A DNA stretch of 64,000 nucleotides from Ignavibacteriales bacterium (GCA_016707285.1 JADJIA010000006.1:8268-72267), one strand, 5' to 3'. Positions 18,099 through 27,786 are shown, counted from the stretch's first letter. Notes: generated by a model not told the origin, from the sequence alone. Numbers and translations are program-made.

Positions 18099-21000
18099 TT
18101 ACTTAAGTTCAACCATTATTCTCAAACCCCAATAGATTGCTCTTGGGTTTAAGAAAGCTGTGTAAGCAAGGTTTGGCATATCAATGTATGATTTGTTTTT
18201 ACGCCATTCTTCTTTTTGAGATTCGCTGGCATTATCATCCCAAGGAATGTACTCTCCGGTTCTTACATCTCCGGGTTTGTCTTCTCCAACTATATTTTTA
18301 TATCCAAATTGACTGAATTCAGATGCAAGATGGAGTGACTGCATATAAGCATCATAATCTTTTGCATCAACAAAGCCGGCTCTGTAATCGAGGTACTTTA
18401 TGTTGAAAAGATTGGATATATCAGCAAACATCTCAAGTCCTACAGGTCCAAGTCTGAAGGTTTTCGAAATTCTCATGTCAAAATTGTAAAAATCTTTCCA
18501 TTGAATGTTATTCGAGAAACCGGGTCTTGTGCCGCCGGGGCCTGTCCATGCAAAATATGTTCCCGATGACCAGGTTGCAAGAAGATTGATTCTGATATCC
18601 TCGAGCAAATAAATGCCACCAATTTCAGGACCAAATTGCATTGGTGTAAAGATGTCGATGTTGGCTCTGCCATAAGGCTGAGGAACAGGTTTCACCTGAT
18701 CAAAAAGTGCTGTATTTCTTTCAGATTCTCTTTGAAGAGCAGGGTTTTCGTAATAGGTTGGAAGTCCAAAATAGCCGTAGGAAGCAACCATGTATGTGTA
18801 GTTAACAAAACCGGTTATCCATTCACCTCTGTTTTTAGTAAGTGTAACTTCAAACCCGCGGATATCACGGTACATGTTTGGTTCAGGAACACTGTATGAA
18901 ACCGAGTTGTCGCGGCTGATATAACCTACAAGTCTTGACTCGTCACTAACATCTTTGTAGTAACCCGCAAGTCTAAGAAGGAACATATCACCAAGATTGT
19001 GCTCATAACCCAACTCATAAGCCACTGTTTTTGGAAGTGGATTGTTTGGATTTGCAAGTCTGGTAACTGCATTGTTTGTAGTATTTCTTCTAAGAAGGTA
19101 AAGATTCTCAGGAGCAGGCATCGATCTGAAGTGACCATAGTTGAAAAACAACTTGCTGTTCACTGTAATAGGAAATGCCACGCCCAATCTTGGACTTAAA
19201 CTTAGTATTTTCTCGGTGGATTCTTTCATCAACAGATTGTCGATGTCTGAAGAATATGCACCTGAAAAAGCTTTGTTGTATGCATCATAAAGATACCACT
19301 CTCCACCTGCGTGTGAATAATCGAGACGAAGTCCGATATTGGCTATCATTCCTTCAAACTCAAGTTTTGTCTGACCATAAATGGCTCCCCTTACAGGGAA
19401 TGTGTGCCATTTGGAGGTAGAGTTACTTGTTGGGAGTGAAGGCTCAATAAGAGCGTAGTTAACATTGTTATCGGTGTAGATGAATTCAACACCTGCTTTA
19501 ACCGCCATAATTTTGTTGAGCTGGCTTGAAAAATCAAACCTGCTGCTCCAGGTATAAACCTTTGAACTGTCTCTGGAGTTTGAATACCCCAAGCCCATGT
19601 TCATCGAGCTTCCGATACCTGACGAAAATCCGCTAAATACACCAAATGGTGATTCATCATAAAAATTGTTACCAATTTTCACAACATTACCGGTGTTTCT
19701 TGGGCTGCCCGGATTGGTGCTGTATTCAGAACCAACAACATTTAATTGAACTTCATAAAAAGTTGATGGTGAAAGAACATGCACAAACTTTGCGCCCAAC
19801 ATTTTTCTGTCAACTTTTGTTGGTGCCCAATAATCCGTTGCAAAAGCTCTTGCATCAGAATAACTTGCTCCTGAACGAATGTCCATATCTGAGACAATCG
19901 AATATGCGGAACGGAAAATACCGGGTCCACCACTTCTTGAACTGCTGGTGCCAGTCTGTAATCCGAGTAAACCTTCAATAGTAAATTTCATTCCTTGTGC
20001 GATGTCAGAAGTAATCTTTACGTGAGTACTCCAATCATGATAGGAATTTGTTGAAAGTGGAATTACATACATTTCGCGGCTGGTTCTGTAGGAGGCGAGG
20101 AATCTAAGATCACCAAGACTTGAACTTACAACGGGAACTGGTCCACTAATGCTAAAGTCCATATCATAGTCGGGTTGAGTGATTCCCATCGGTTTTCTGT
20201 GCTGCCACAAAAACAATTGCTGAGCAGCTTCAGGTGTAAGATCGTTAGAAGGATCTTCATCGGATAAAAGTTCCTGAGAAACTTTATCCCATCCTCTAAA
20301 TTCATGGTATTGAGCCATTGTATAAGCATCCCAGGCTCCGCTTTTTGTACCTGCGAATGCTACTGCGGGATCAACATAAGGTCTGATGTAGTAGGCATTG
20401 TAGTCATTTGGTTGCTCACCCCAGTTTTTTGCACCTGCGGGTCTGTATCTGCCAAGAAATACTACATTATATTTATCTCTTTTTCCTTCAGTGGTAACCA
20501 CATTCACGAGACCGGAACGGATATTACCATATTCGGCGTTAAAACCACCGGTTTGAATCTGAATTTCTTCAACAGAGGTAAAACTGATTCCTGTATAAGA
20601 AGAGTTATCTCTTTCATCTCTAAAAGTGATACCATTGATCATAAATGCAGTCTGATCTGAGCCACCACCTCTTACGGTCAAGCCCTGAACACCTGCTTGC
20701 AAGCCAATAACACTTGCAACGCTTACTATCGGAAGATTTGCTACATCTTCCATTGAAATGTTAACAACGCTGGAAGAAACATCTTTCTCGATCACGGGTT
20801 GAGTAGCGATGATAACTACTTCCTCTGTGGTCATCGATTCATCAGCCAAAGTAAAATCCACTGTTGTGGTCTGGTTGATGTTTACCTTAACTTCCTGGTA
20901 TGATTTTGATCCGTACCCGATCATCGATGCTTTAACTGTGTAGCTGCCCGGTGATATGTTCAGGATAACAAAATATCCTTCAAAATCCGTTTTTGCTCCC

Positions 21001-21152
21001 AGCTTTGTGCCTTCAATGATGATCGTGGCACCAATCAGAGTCTCTCCTGTTTTCTGATCTTTGACAACTCCGGTCATTTTTCCCGTCTGCGCAAAGAGCG
21101 GATAACTGAGAAGGAGAAAGGTTATACATAAAATTGTATGCCTAAACCGCAT
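18099..21152 (-). CDS. Large TonB-dependent receptor with a carboxypeptidase-regulatory-like domain (SusC-like architecture, no SusD partner seen)
   Basis: ATG 21152 is preceded by AGGAG (the longest ORF, to 21185, starts at TTG). Signal peptide ...PLFAQ. GKMTGVVKDQKTGETLIGATIIIEGTKLGAKTDFEGYFVILNISPGSYTVKASMIGY is the CarboxypepD_reg domain. The plug region is SVIGLQAGVQGLTVRGGGSDQTAFMINGI, followed by a barrel of about 750 aa. Confidence 0.88.
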   Translation of the reverse strand: MRFRHTILCITFLLLSYPLFAQTGKMTGVVKDQKTGETLIGATIIIEGTKLGAKTDFEGYFVILNISPGSYTVKASMIGYGSKSYQEVKVNINQTTTVDFTLADESMTTEEVVIIATQPVIEKDVSSSVVNISMEDVANLPIVSVASVIGLQAGVQGLTVRGGGSDQTAFMINGITFRDERDNSSYTGISFTSVEEIQIQTGGFNAEYGNIRSGLVNVVTTEGKRDKYNVVFLGRYRPAGAKNWGEQPNDYNAYYIRPYVDPAVAFAGTKSGAWDAYTMAQYHEFRGWDKVSQELLSDEDPSNDLTPEAAQQLFLWQHRKPMGITQPDYDMDFSISGPVPVVSSSLGDLRFLASYRTSREMYVIPLSTNSYHDWSTHVKITSDIAQGMKFTIEGLLGLQTGTSSSRSGGPGIFRSAYSIVSDMDIRSGASYSDARAFATDYWAPTKVDRKMLGAKFVHVLSPSTFYEVQLNVVGSEYSTNPGSPRNTGNVVKIGNNFYDESPFGVFSGFSSGIGSSMNMGLGYSNSRDSSKVYTWSSRFDFSSQLNKIMAVKAGVEFIYTDNNVNYALIEPSLPTSNSTSKWHTFPVRGAIYGQTKLEFEGMIANIGLRLDYSHAGGEWYLYDAYNKAFSGAYSSDIDNLLMKESTEKILSLSPRLGVAFPITVNSKLFFNYGHFRSMPAPENLYLLRRNTTNNAVTRLANPNNPLPKTVAYELGYEHNLGDMFLLRLAGYYKDVSDESRLVGYISRDNSVSYSVPEPNMYRDIRGFEVTLTKNRGEWITGFVNYTYMVASYGYFGLPTYYENPALQRESERNTALFDQVKPVPQPYGRANIDIFTPMQFGPEIGGIYLLEDIRINLLATWSSGTYFAWTGPGGTRPGFSNNIQWKDFYNFDMRISKTFRLGPVGLEMFADISNLFNIKYLDYRAGFVDAKDYDAYMQSLHLASEFSQFGYKNIVGEDKPGDVRTGEYIPWDDNASESQKEEWRKNKSYIDMPNLAYTAFLNPRAIYWGLRIMVELK

Positions 21153-21377
21153 ATTACTGACTCCTGTGTGTGTATCTTTTAACAAAATTATATAAGCAAT
21201 GCCGCTTTGATGTTAGTAAATCTGTGTAAGTGAGTTTGATGACTGATCTCTATTGATTATTACAACCATAATAATTAAAGGTTGCCCCCTTTCTATGTTT
21301 TTATAGAAATCATTCTACCAAAACTAAAGAAAAAAAACGATATAAGGAATAGAGACCCGCTTTTTTATCACTTTTTT

Positions 21378-23597
21378 CTACTTTTTATGCAATTGTTCTT
21401 CAAAAAAGCCGAGCATCGAGTTAAACAAGTGCATTGTTGTCCCCTTACCTTCAGAGATTCCGTGTGATCTGTTTGGATAAGGCATGTATCTGAACTGTTT
21501 TCCGGCGGCAACAAGTTTGTTTACGAGGTATTCAGCATTCTGGAAATGGACATTGTCATCACCAGTTCCATGGATAAGAAATAAATTTCCTTCAAGATTT
21601 CCGGCATAGGTTACGGGTGAACATTCCTTGTAAGCTTCAGGGCTGTCCTGCGGAAGTCCCATATATCTTTCTTCATAAATTGTGTCATAAAACCTGAGAT
21701 CGGTAACAGGTGCAACAGAAACCCCAAAATGATAAGACTTCGGATGTCTGAACATCATGTTAAGAGTCATGGAACCACCACCGCTCCAACCCCAAACGCC
21801 AACCTTTGTAGCATCCAGGTATGGTCTCTCATCAAGGAGAGTCTGAAGTGCTCCGGCCTGATCCTCCGTAGAAACAACACCAATTTTTTGATAAATAGAT
21901 TTTCTCCACTCTCTTCCCTTTGGAGCGGGTGTCCCTCTTCCATCAACACTCATCACAACATATCCTTTATCTGCGATTATTTTGTGATATAAGCCCATAA
22001 AGCCATCATATTTGTCGAGAACAGTCTGACTTGAAGGTTCATTGTAAACATAAAAAAGTACAGGATATTTTTTGGCAGGATCAAAATCAGATGGTTTTAC
22101 GCACCAGCCATCAACTTCCACTCCACCGGGGGTTTTTACCGTGAACAACTCGTAATTATAATCAACACTTTTCAGTTTCGCCTTGAGTGTTTCATTGGTG
22201 ATCTCAGTTCTGATGATATTGTGTTTTGGTAAATCGATAAAATATACCGATGCAGGTGAGTTAATGTTGTAATGTACATGATACGCAAACAACCCGTCAC
22301 CCGATATGGAATATGTGTTATATCCCGTAAATTTATCGGGTGTGAGCCTCCTGGGTTCAAATTTACCATTGAGACTTGCTTCATAAAGATATCTTTGTGT
22401 TCCGCTGTTGGGGGAAGCATAATAATAAACTGTGCCGCTGTTCTCAACAAACCTTACCAGTTCCATAACATCGTGATTGGTGTTCATTATATTCCTTGCC
22501 TCACCTGTCTTCAAGGAAACGAGGTACATCTGAGCATACCCGCTTTTGTCACTTATCCAAAACATCTCTTGATCGTTATTTATGAATCTCCAATCGTCAA
22601 CCACTTCGGTCCAGGCATTTTGTTTCTCGTTATAAAGCTTTTTTACTTCACCTGTTGCCGGATCACCCAGATACACTGTCATTTCATTTTGTAATCTGTT
22701 TAAATGTTGAAATGCGAGTTTACCTGTGTTACCTGCCCACTCCATTCTCGGAATGTAGTTGTTGGCAGGATCATCCCCCACATTCATCCAAACAGTTTTT
22801 CCGGTTTTTATATCAACAGTTCCGACTATACATTCGCTGTTTTTCTCCCCTGCTTTGGGATACTGAACCGGTATGGTATAGGAATAAAGTGAGTCGGTGT
22901 TATTGATCATTAAAAAATCTTTGATGTTTTTAGCATCCAATCTCCAGAATGCTATTCTGCTGCCATCAGGACTCCATCTAAATCCATCACGGATGCCAAA
23001 CTCCTCTTCGTAAACCCAATCAAAAGTGCCGTTGATTATGGTTCTGCTTCCATCAGTGGTTAACGCTTTAATTGTTCCCGATTCAAGATCTTCAAGATAT
23101 AAATTGTGTTCTCTTACATAAGCAGCATATTTTTCTGTCGGATCGATTTTTGCGAATTGAAGGGTAGATGGTTTTGCATCACTTCCGCCTAATTGTCGCA
23201 ATTTTTTTGATTCGGTATTGTAAACCCAATAATCCCCCTTTGAATTTACTCGCCAGACTCTTTTGGTATTGGTATAGATCAGGATGTATTTCCCTGATTT
23301 GCTGAATTTAAAGTCATTTAACCCAAGTGGAGTGTTTTTCCCTTCCGGAACAAAATCTTTCGTCTCTGCAAGCAGGGTTTTATTACCTGTTGAAATGTCA
23401 ACTTTAAAAATCTGAGAGCCATCGGTTCCATCTTCCATCTTATAGTAAGTGTGCCCGCTTTCTGTCCAACTTACACTTTTAAAAAACTCTCCTGAAAATT
23501 CCCCGCGGAAAAGTTTTTCAATTGTCACTTTCTCCTGCGCTGATGCAGAAAATAATATCAAAACTATAAATAGTGAAATTTTCTTCATGTTAAACAT
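21378..23597 (-). CDS. Dipeptidyl-peptidase IV (S9B prolyl oligopeptidase family)
   Basis: DPP-IV N-terminal propeller (DWVYEEEFG), catalytic GWSGGGSM, and LIHGTGDDNVHFQN containing the Asp. The alternative start Met4 (23588) gives a standard signal peptide. Confidence 0.92.
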   Translation of the reverse strand: MFNMKKISLFIVLILFSASAQEKVTIEKLFRGEFSGEFFKSVSWTESGHTYYKMEDGTDGSQIFKVDISTGNKTLLAETKDFVPEGKNTPLGLNDFKFSKSGKYILIYTNTKRVWRVNSKGDYWVYNTESKKLRQLGGSDAKPSTLQFAKIDPTEKYAAYVREHNLYLEDLESGTIKALTTDGSRTIINGTFDWVYEEEFGIRDGFRWSPDGSRIAFWRLDAKNIKDFLMINNTDSLYSYTIPVQYPKAGEKNSECIVGTVDIKTGKTVWMNVGDDPANNYIPRMEWAGNTGKLAFQHLNRLQNEMTVYLGDPATGEVKKLYNEKQNAWTEVVDDWRFINNDQEMFWISDKSGYAQMYLVSLKTGEARNIMNTNHDVMELVRFVENSGTVYYYASPNSGTQRYLYEASLNGKFEPRRLTPDKFTGYNTYSISGDGLFAYHVHYNINSPASVYFIDLPKHNIIRTEITNETLKAKLKSVDYNYELFTVKTPGGVEVDGWCVKPSDFDPAKKYPVLFYVYNEPSSQTVLDKYDGFMGLYHKIIADKGYVVMSVDGRGTPAPKGREWRKSIYQKIGVVSTEDQAGALQTLLDERPYLDATKVGVWGWSGGGSMTLNMMFRHPKSYHFGVSVAPVTDLRFYDTIYEERYMGLPQDSPEAYKECSPVTYAGNLEGNLFLIHGTGDDNVHFQNAEYLVNKLVAAGKQFRYMPYPNRSHGISEGKGTTMHLFNSMLGFFEEQLHKK

Positions 23598-23614
23598 ATC
23601 GTAACCTGTTTTAA

Positions 23615-24148
23615 TTAATTGATCTCTTTAAATTGTTTTATTTCTTCCATGGTGAAGAGTGGAATGAGCCCAAGCCCCTTTTCCCCAAGGTTTTCATAAG
23701 CTTTTGGCTCTCTTAAAATCACACAAAGCACCGAAGCAACAACAGCACCCTCATCTCTAAGATCAACAGCGCTCAGATTGATTTGTCCACCTGTGGTTAC
23801 AACATCTTCTATTATACAAACTTTTTTCCCTGCAAATTCTCCACCCTCCGCAACTTTACAGGTACCATATTTTTTTGCCTCTTTGCGAACAAATATTACG
23901 GGTAAACCGGTTTTCAAAGAAAGCACGGTTGCAAGCGGAATGCCCCCCATCTCAAGTCCCGCCAATACTTCTGTTCCTTCGGGAATAAGATTTACCATCT
24001 GCTCGGCGATTGCATCCAACAACACAGGATCAGCTTCAAATCTGTATTTATCAAAATACTCATTGGATATTTTCCCTGATCTTAACAGGAATTGCCCGGT
24101 AAGATGCGCTGTATCAAAAATTTTTATTGCGAGTTCATTTTTGTTCAT
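23615..24148 (-). CDS. pyrE: Orotate phosphoribosyltransferase
   Basis: The 177-aa short-form OPRTase. PRPP-binding loop KVCIIEDVVTTGGQ. N-terminal FLLRSGKISNEYFD. Confidence 0.88.
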   Translation of the reverse strand: MNKNELAIKIFDTAHLTGQFLLRSGKISNEYFDKYRFEADPVLLDAIAEQMVNLIPEGTEVLAGLEMGGIPLATVLSLKTGLPVIFVRKEAKKYGTCKVAEGGEFAGKKVCIIEDVVTTGGQINLSAVDLRDEGAVVASVLCVILREPKAYENLGEKGLGLIPLFTMEEIKQFKEIN

Positions 24149-24235
24149 ATTCTTATTATCTTTTTTTTACTATTCGATTGTTTTTACTGTCTGCAATTGT
24201 TAAAATCCTGATCGACGACACATCCTCCTGCTCCC

Positions 24236-24475
24236 TCAAGGAACGGGATCATAACCACTGCCACCCCATGGGTTACATCTTAAGATGCGCCAGATTCCAA
24301 GGCGTAAACCCTTAAATGGACCATGTTTATGCAACGCTTCGATCATATAGTTTGAACATGTCGGATAAAACCGACAACTGGGAGGGAAAAGGGGTGAGAT
24401 CAATAATTGATAGCCACGGACTATCGCTACAAGCAGATATGACACGGCGTTTGCCATAAATCTGATAAATTTCAT
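24236..24475 (-). CDS. yidD: Membrane protein insertion efficiency factor YidD
   Basis: [58 protein letters not shown] is a near-consensus YidD sequence. Confidence 0.93.
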   Translation of the reverse strand: MKFIRFMANAVSYLLVAIVRGYQLLISPLFPPSCRFYPTCSNYMIEALHKHGPFKGLRLGIWRILRCNPWGGSGYDPVP

Positions 24476-24529
24476 CTAATACCAATCGTCCAAAATATCT
24501 CTCATTCAATTCACAATTTAAGGGTTTTA

Positions 24530-24786
24530 GGTTTAACCGCAAAGGACACAGAGAACGCAAAGGATGATTTTAAACCGCAGAGCACACAGAGCACACGGAG
24601 GAATTTTGAATTTAACCGCCAAGTACGCCAAGAACGCAAAGGATAATTTTTAAAAACCACAAAGCACACAGAGGGCATTACTCAAAATGACCCTCCGTGA
24701 AAATCCGTGTGAAATCCGTAAAATCCGTGGAACTATTCTCTTCCTCTGCGAAAATCTGTTTATCTGCGTGTATCTGCGTCCCCTTC
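24530..24786 (+). repeat. Composite intergenic repeat, copy B (largest copy)
   Basis: Four degenerate units of about 39-40 bp, each beginning TT(T)AAACCGC/AAAACCAC (starts near 24532, 24571, 24611, 24650) and rich in CGCAAAGGA / CACAGAG. Next come three units of 9-12 bp, AAATCCGTG (24699-24730). The terminal module is CTGCGAAAATCTGTTTATCTGCGTGTATCTGCGTCCCC (24746-24783). Confidence 0.75.
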
Positions 24787-24806
24787 CTACGACAATCCAC
24801 CATCCC

Positions 24807-27650
24807 CTACCTCAGTAGCACCATCTTTTTCATTGATCGGAAGTCACCTGCGCGGAGTTCACAAAAATAGACTCCACTCGTTAATCCCGAAGCATCAAAC
24901 TCAACTTTATGTTCTCCGGCGGTCATATTACCATTTATCAATACAGCAACTTTTTCTCCCAGTGTGTTAAACACATTAAGTGTCACCATTCCCGACACGG
25001 GCATCGAAAACCGGATAACAGTTGACGGGTTAAATGGATTTGGATAGTTGTCAAATAGCTTATAAGCAGATATTGTTGAAGCATCACCAGCTTCATTAAT
25101 TGAATTGATAACACCCGGATAATAAGCTGCAGAAACCAAACCAATCAGTCCCGTTGAACCGATAACAGTCCCGTTTCCGCTCGATTTTTCGATTGCTGTA
25201 AACTCACCACTTACAGATGCCACACCGGTAAAACCAAATAAATTTGCCGATTCATCAAAAAACAGAGACCTGACGGGTTTGTTATTTCCCAGATTACCAA
25301 TTCTGATTGTGTCGCCGGTTCCTTGCACAATTCGCAAAATCTTGTCTTTGTCGGCACCAAGTGGTTTATAAATGGAAGCAAAAAGCCGGTTGTTTAACGG
25401 TTCAAATGCAATAGCAGAAACAGTACACTTCACCGAATCAGTTCTGAGTACTGAATTTTCAGTTTCGTTGTATTTATATAAAATGTTCCTTTTTGATACC
25501 AGATAAAGAGTCCCTGAAGTATCAAATGCACTACTCGTAACATCTGCCAGATCGAGGGTGGTTCGGGAGTAGAGTTTACCGCTGTTTGCGTCCATTTTAT
25601 GGAGAAGCGTTTGTCCCCCGTTCGCTCTGAATCCATATATCACACCAGTTTTTGGATTTGCCGAGATCGAGCTAAAGGTGGTGCCTCCCGCAGGTCCAAG
25701 AAGTGTTGACTCACCGGTTGACTTGTTAATCAAGAAGGTTCCACCACTATTTGTGGAATTTGTAACCACAAGAATTTTTTGAGGAGCAACCGGATTGAGA
25801 TCAAAAGATTCCACTCTTACAGGGATTCTGTTTTCAACCGGGTCGTTATCAACCAAAACCAAAGTATCGTACAACATTCCTGCTGTCTGTGGATCGCAAA
25901 CCATGCTGATTGAAAGGCTGTCAAAAGAGTTTATTGTAAGTGGATATTGCAACTGACCCACCAGACTAAATGCCGGATTTGACAAACCTGCCGAGTTAAT
26001 TATCAACTGTTGTGAACCTACATTTATCATCTGAAAGGTGATAGTGTCTTTCTCTTTTCCCCTCTCCATCTCCAAAAAGTCTATCTTTGGAATATCTGTA
26101 AGCAACGAAGCACCTGTAACAGGCATCATTCTTACTTCACCCACCCGGTTGCTCCATACACTTGGAGCTGCAACATATTCACTCATCATCCAAAATGTTT
26201 CACCTGAAGGATCAAGTGAAATTCCAAGATAGTCACCCCACCTGTTTCTGCCACTCCCGTAGTCTTTTTGATATTGCCCTCTCCCGGACATCAGAAGATA
26301 AGGTTGTGTAAAAGTGGTTGATCCATTCTGTTTTCCAACATAGTAGGCACTTACATATTCAGTTGGACTTGAGCGACTTACTGTGAAAACCATATTTCCT
26401 GCCTTGTCGATCATGATGGCAGGGTAAAAATACCAGGTTGAAGGTGTCCCAAAAGTTAACTGTTCTATCGGCTGTGATGTGAGAGGATTTAGTCGTGCCA
26501 CTCTAACTGCGGAGAATGAACCATTCGCCGGATTTCTTGTTGAATGTGTTAGCCAAATTGACCCGTCTCTGTAAACAGGTTCGTTGGTAAGTTCAGGACC
26601 ACTCGATTCCAATGCCACCCCGCCCGGTTGCGATGCCTGTGGTGGATCACTATAAGCTGTAACCGGAACAGCGCTTCCACTAAGAGCCGGGATACCATTT
26701 ACATCGTAAGTAACTCTGTAGATTACATAAGCATTTGAAGAATAATATGGCACATGCACAAAATATGAGGTATCAGAAGGTGTAAAGTGAATTACAGGCC
26801 TGATATTAAAAACACTTTGACTGTTCCCCGGATACTTAATGTTCCAGAAGTCATACCATTTACATGTGTCTGTTGAATTATTGTAAATCTCAGATTTTTT
26901 AATCACCCTGATCTTTGCATAATCAAAGTAACCACCAAAATTGAATTGATTTGATGTGATTAGAAAATTTTCTTCATCGAACCCGACTCCCTGATAATCT
27001 CCCCAGTTGGATGTAGTGGTTGCACCATTAATATTTGACGGCATCAACCAGTTTCGCCATGTTCCCAAAGGATTTGAGTCATCAGAAACAGAAATCATGA
27101 TATACCCTCTTTGCGGGGAATCTCTTTGATCGAGCCATACCATCACCCATCGTTGAGCAAAATGATCATAAACAACTTTTGGATCAAACGGGTCAACACC
27201 AAAACTTGAATACCAGTTGCCGGCATCAATTCTTTTTAACAGATTACCATTTTTGTCCCAAATTGCAAAATCGGAGTTAACAGTTCCTACAACATGATCC
27301 GGACCCACTGCCACATGAGGATCGGGAGGGATCGAATTCGACTCTGTGTTTCCTTCAAAACTTTTTATCAATGCCACTCCCCCTGCTTCGGTTGAGACAC
27401 CACCCTCATTATAAATATCAAGTTCGCCCGGCAACTTCTCATTATGTTCTATACTGAACGCAAATCCTTTAAATCTTATTTTATTTCGAACAGTCTCAAA
27501 TTTTGGAGATTTGCTGACAGGTTGATTTGTGAACGAATTTGTGGTTACATAAACGCCGCTTGCATAACTCCCAAGCGCAGGTCCCTGATGACTCTGGGAA
27601 AAAACACTGTTTGCGATTAATAGAGTTGTAAGAATGAGGATTTGCCTCAT
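24807..27650 (-). CDS. Large secreted protein of unknown function with a T9SS type-A C-terminal sorting domain
   Basis: Signal peptide (LLIANSVFSQ). An N-terminal region of about 500 aa has no motif I recognise. A central Ig-like segment (DTITFQMINVGSQQLIINSAGLSNPAFSL). The C-terminus is FDNYPNPFNPSTVIRFSMP...GVYFCELRAGDFRSMKKMVLLR. Confidence 0.8.
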   Translation of the reverse strand: MRQILILTTLLIANSVFSQSHQGPALGSYASGVYVTTNSFTNQPVSKSPKFETVRNKIRFKGFAFSIEHNEKLPGELDIYNEGGVSTEAGGVALIKSFEGNTESNSIPPDPHVAVGPDHVVGTVNSDFAIWDKNGNLLKRIDAGNWYSSFGVDPFDPKVVYDHFAQRWVMVWLDQRDSPQRGYIMISVSDDSNPLGTWRNWLMPSNINGATTTSNWGDYQGVGFDEENFLITSNQFNFGGYFDYAKIRVIKKSEIYNNSTDTCKWYDFWNIKYPGNSQSVFNIRPVIHFTPSDTSYFVHVPYYSSNAYVIYRVTYDVNGIPALSGSAVPVTAYSDPPQASQPGGVALESSGPELTNEPVYRDGSIWLTHSTRNPANGSFSAVRVARLNPLTSQPIEQLTFGTPSTWYFYPAIMIDKAGNMVFTVSRSSPTEYVSAYYVGKQNGSTTFTQPYLLMSGRGQYQKDYGSGRNRWGDYLGISLDPSGETFWMMSEYVAAPSVWSNRVGEVRMMPVTGASLLTDIPKIDFLEMERGKEKDTITFQMINVGSQQLIINSAGLSNPAFSLVGQLQYPLTINSFDSLSISMVCDPQTAGMLYDTLVLVDNDPVENRIPVRVESFDLNPVAPQKILVVTNSTNSGGTFLINKSTGESTLLGPAGGTTFSSISANPKTGVIYGFRANGGQTLLHKMDANSGKLYSRTTLDLADVTSSAFDTSGTLYLVSKRNILYKYNETENSVLRTDSVKCTVSAIAFEPLNNRLFASIYKPLGADKDKILRIVQGTGDTIRIGNLGNNKPVRSLFFDESANLFGFTGVASVSGEFTAIEKSSGNGTVIGSTGLIGLVSAAYYPGVINSINEAGDASTISAYKLFDNYPNPFNPSTVIRFSMPVSGMVTLNVFNTLGEKVAVLINGNMTAGEHKVEFDASGLTSGVYFCELRAGDFRSMKKMVLLR

Positions 27651-27786
27651 GGTGCCTCGAATAATTAAATATGAATGGAATTGGGGGAAAATTGAAGTGG
27701 AAATTAACTATTTTTGAGTTTATGTTTTACATCAATTTTAATGGTCAAGATTAGTCACCGTTATCAACCATAAACCGGATATCAAT

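Noticed and set aside
18473-20660. Multiple 60-118-aa ORFs on both strands inside the 1017-aa receptor gene (for example 19646-19981 and 20304-20660)
   Set aside because: All are nested in or antisense to a long ORF with clear TonB-receptor motifs. Their composition is typical of shadow frames.
22172-22906. ORFs of 62-140 aa within or antisense to the DPP-IV gene
   Set aside because: They are shadow ORFs inside a gene with strong catalytic-motif support.
24327-24560. 77-aa minus-strand ORF overlapping yidD and the repeat
   Set aside because: It overlaps the highly conserved yidD frame and extends into repeat copy B, so it is spurious.
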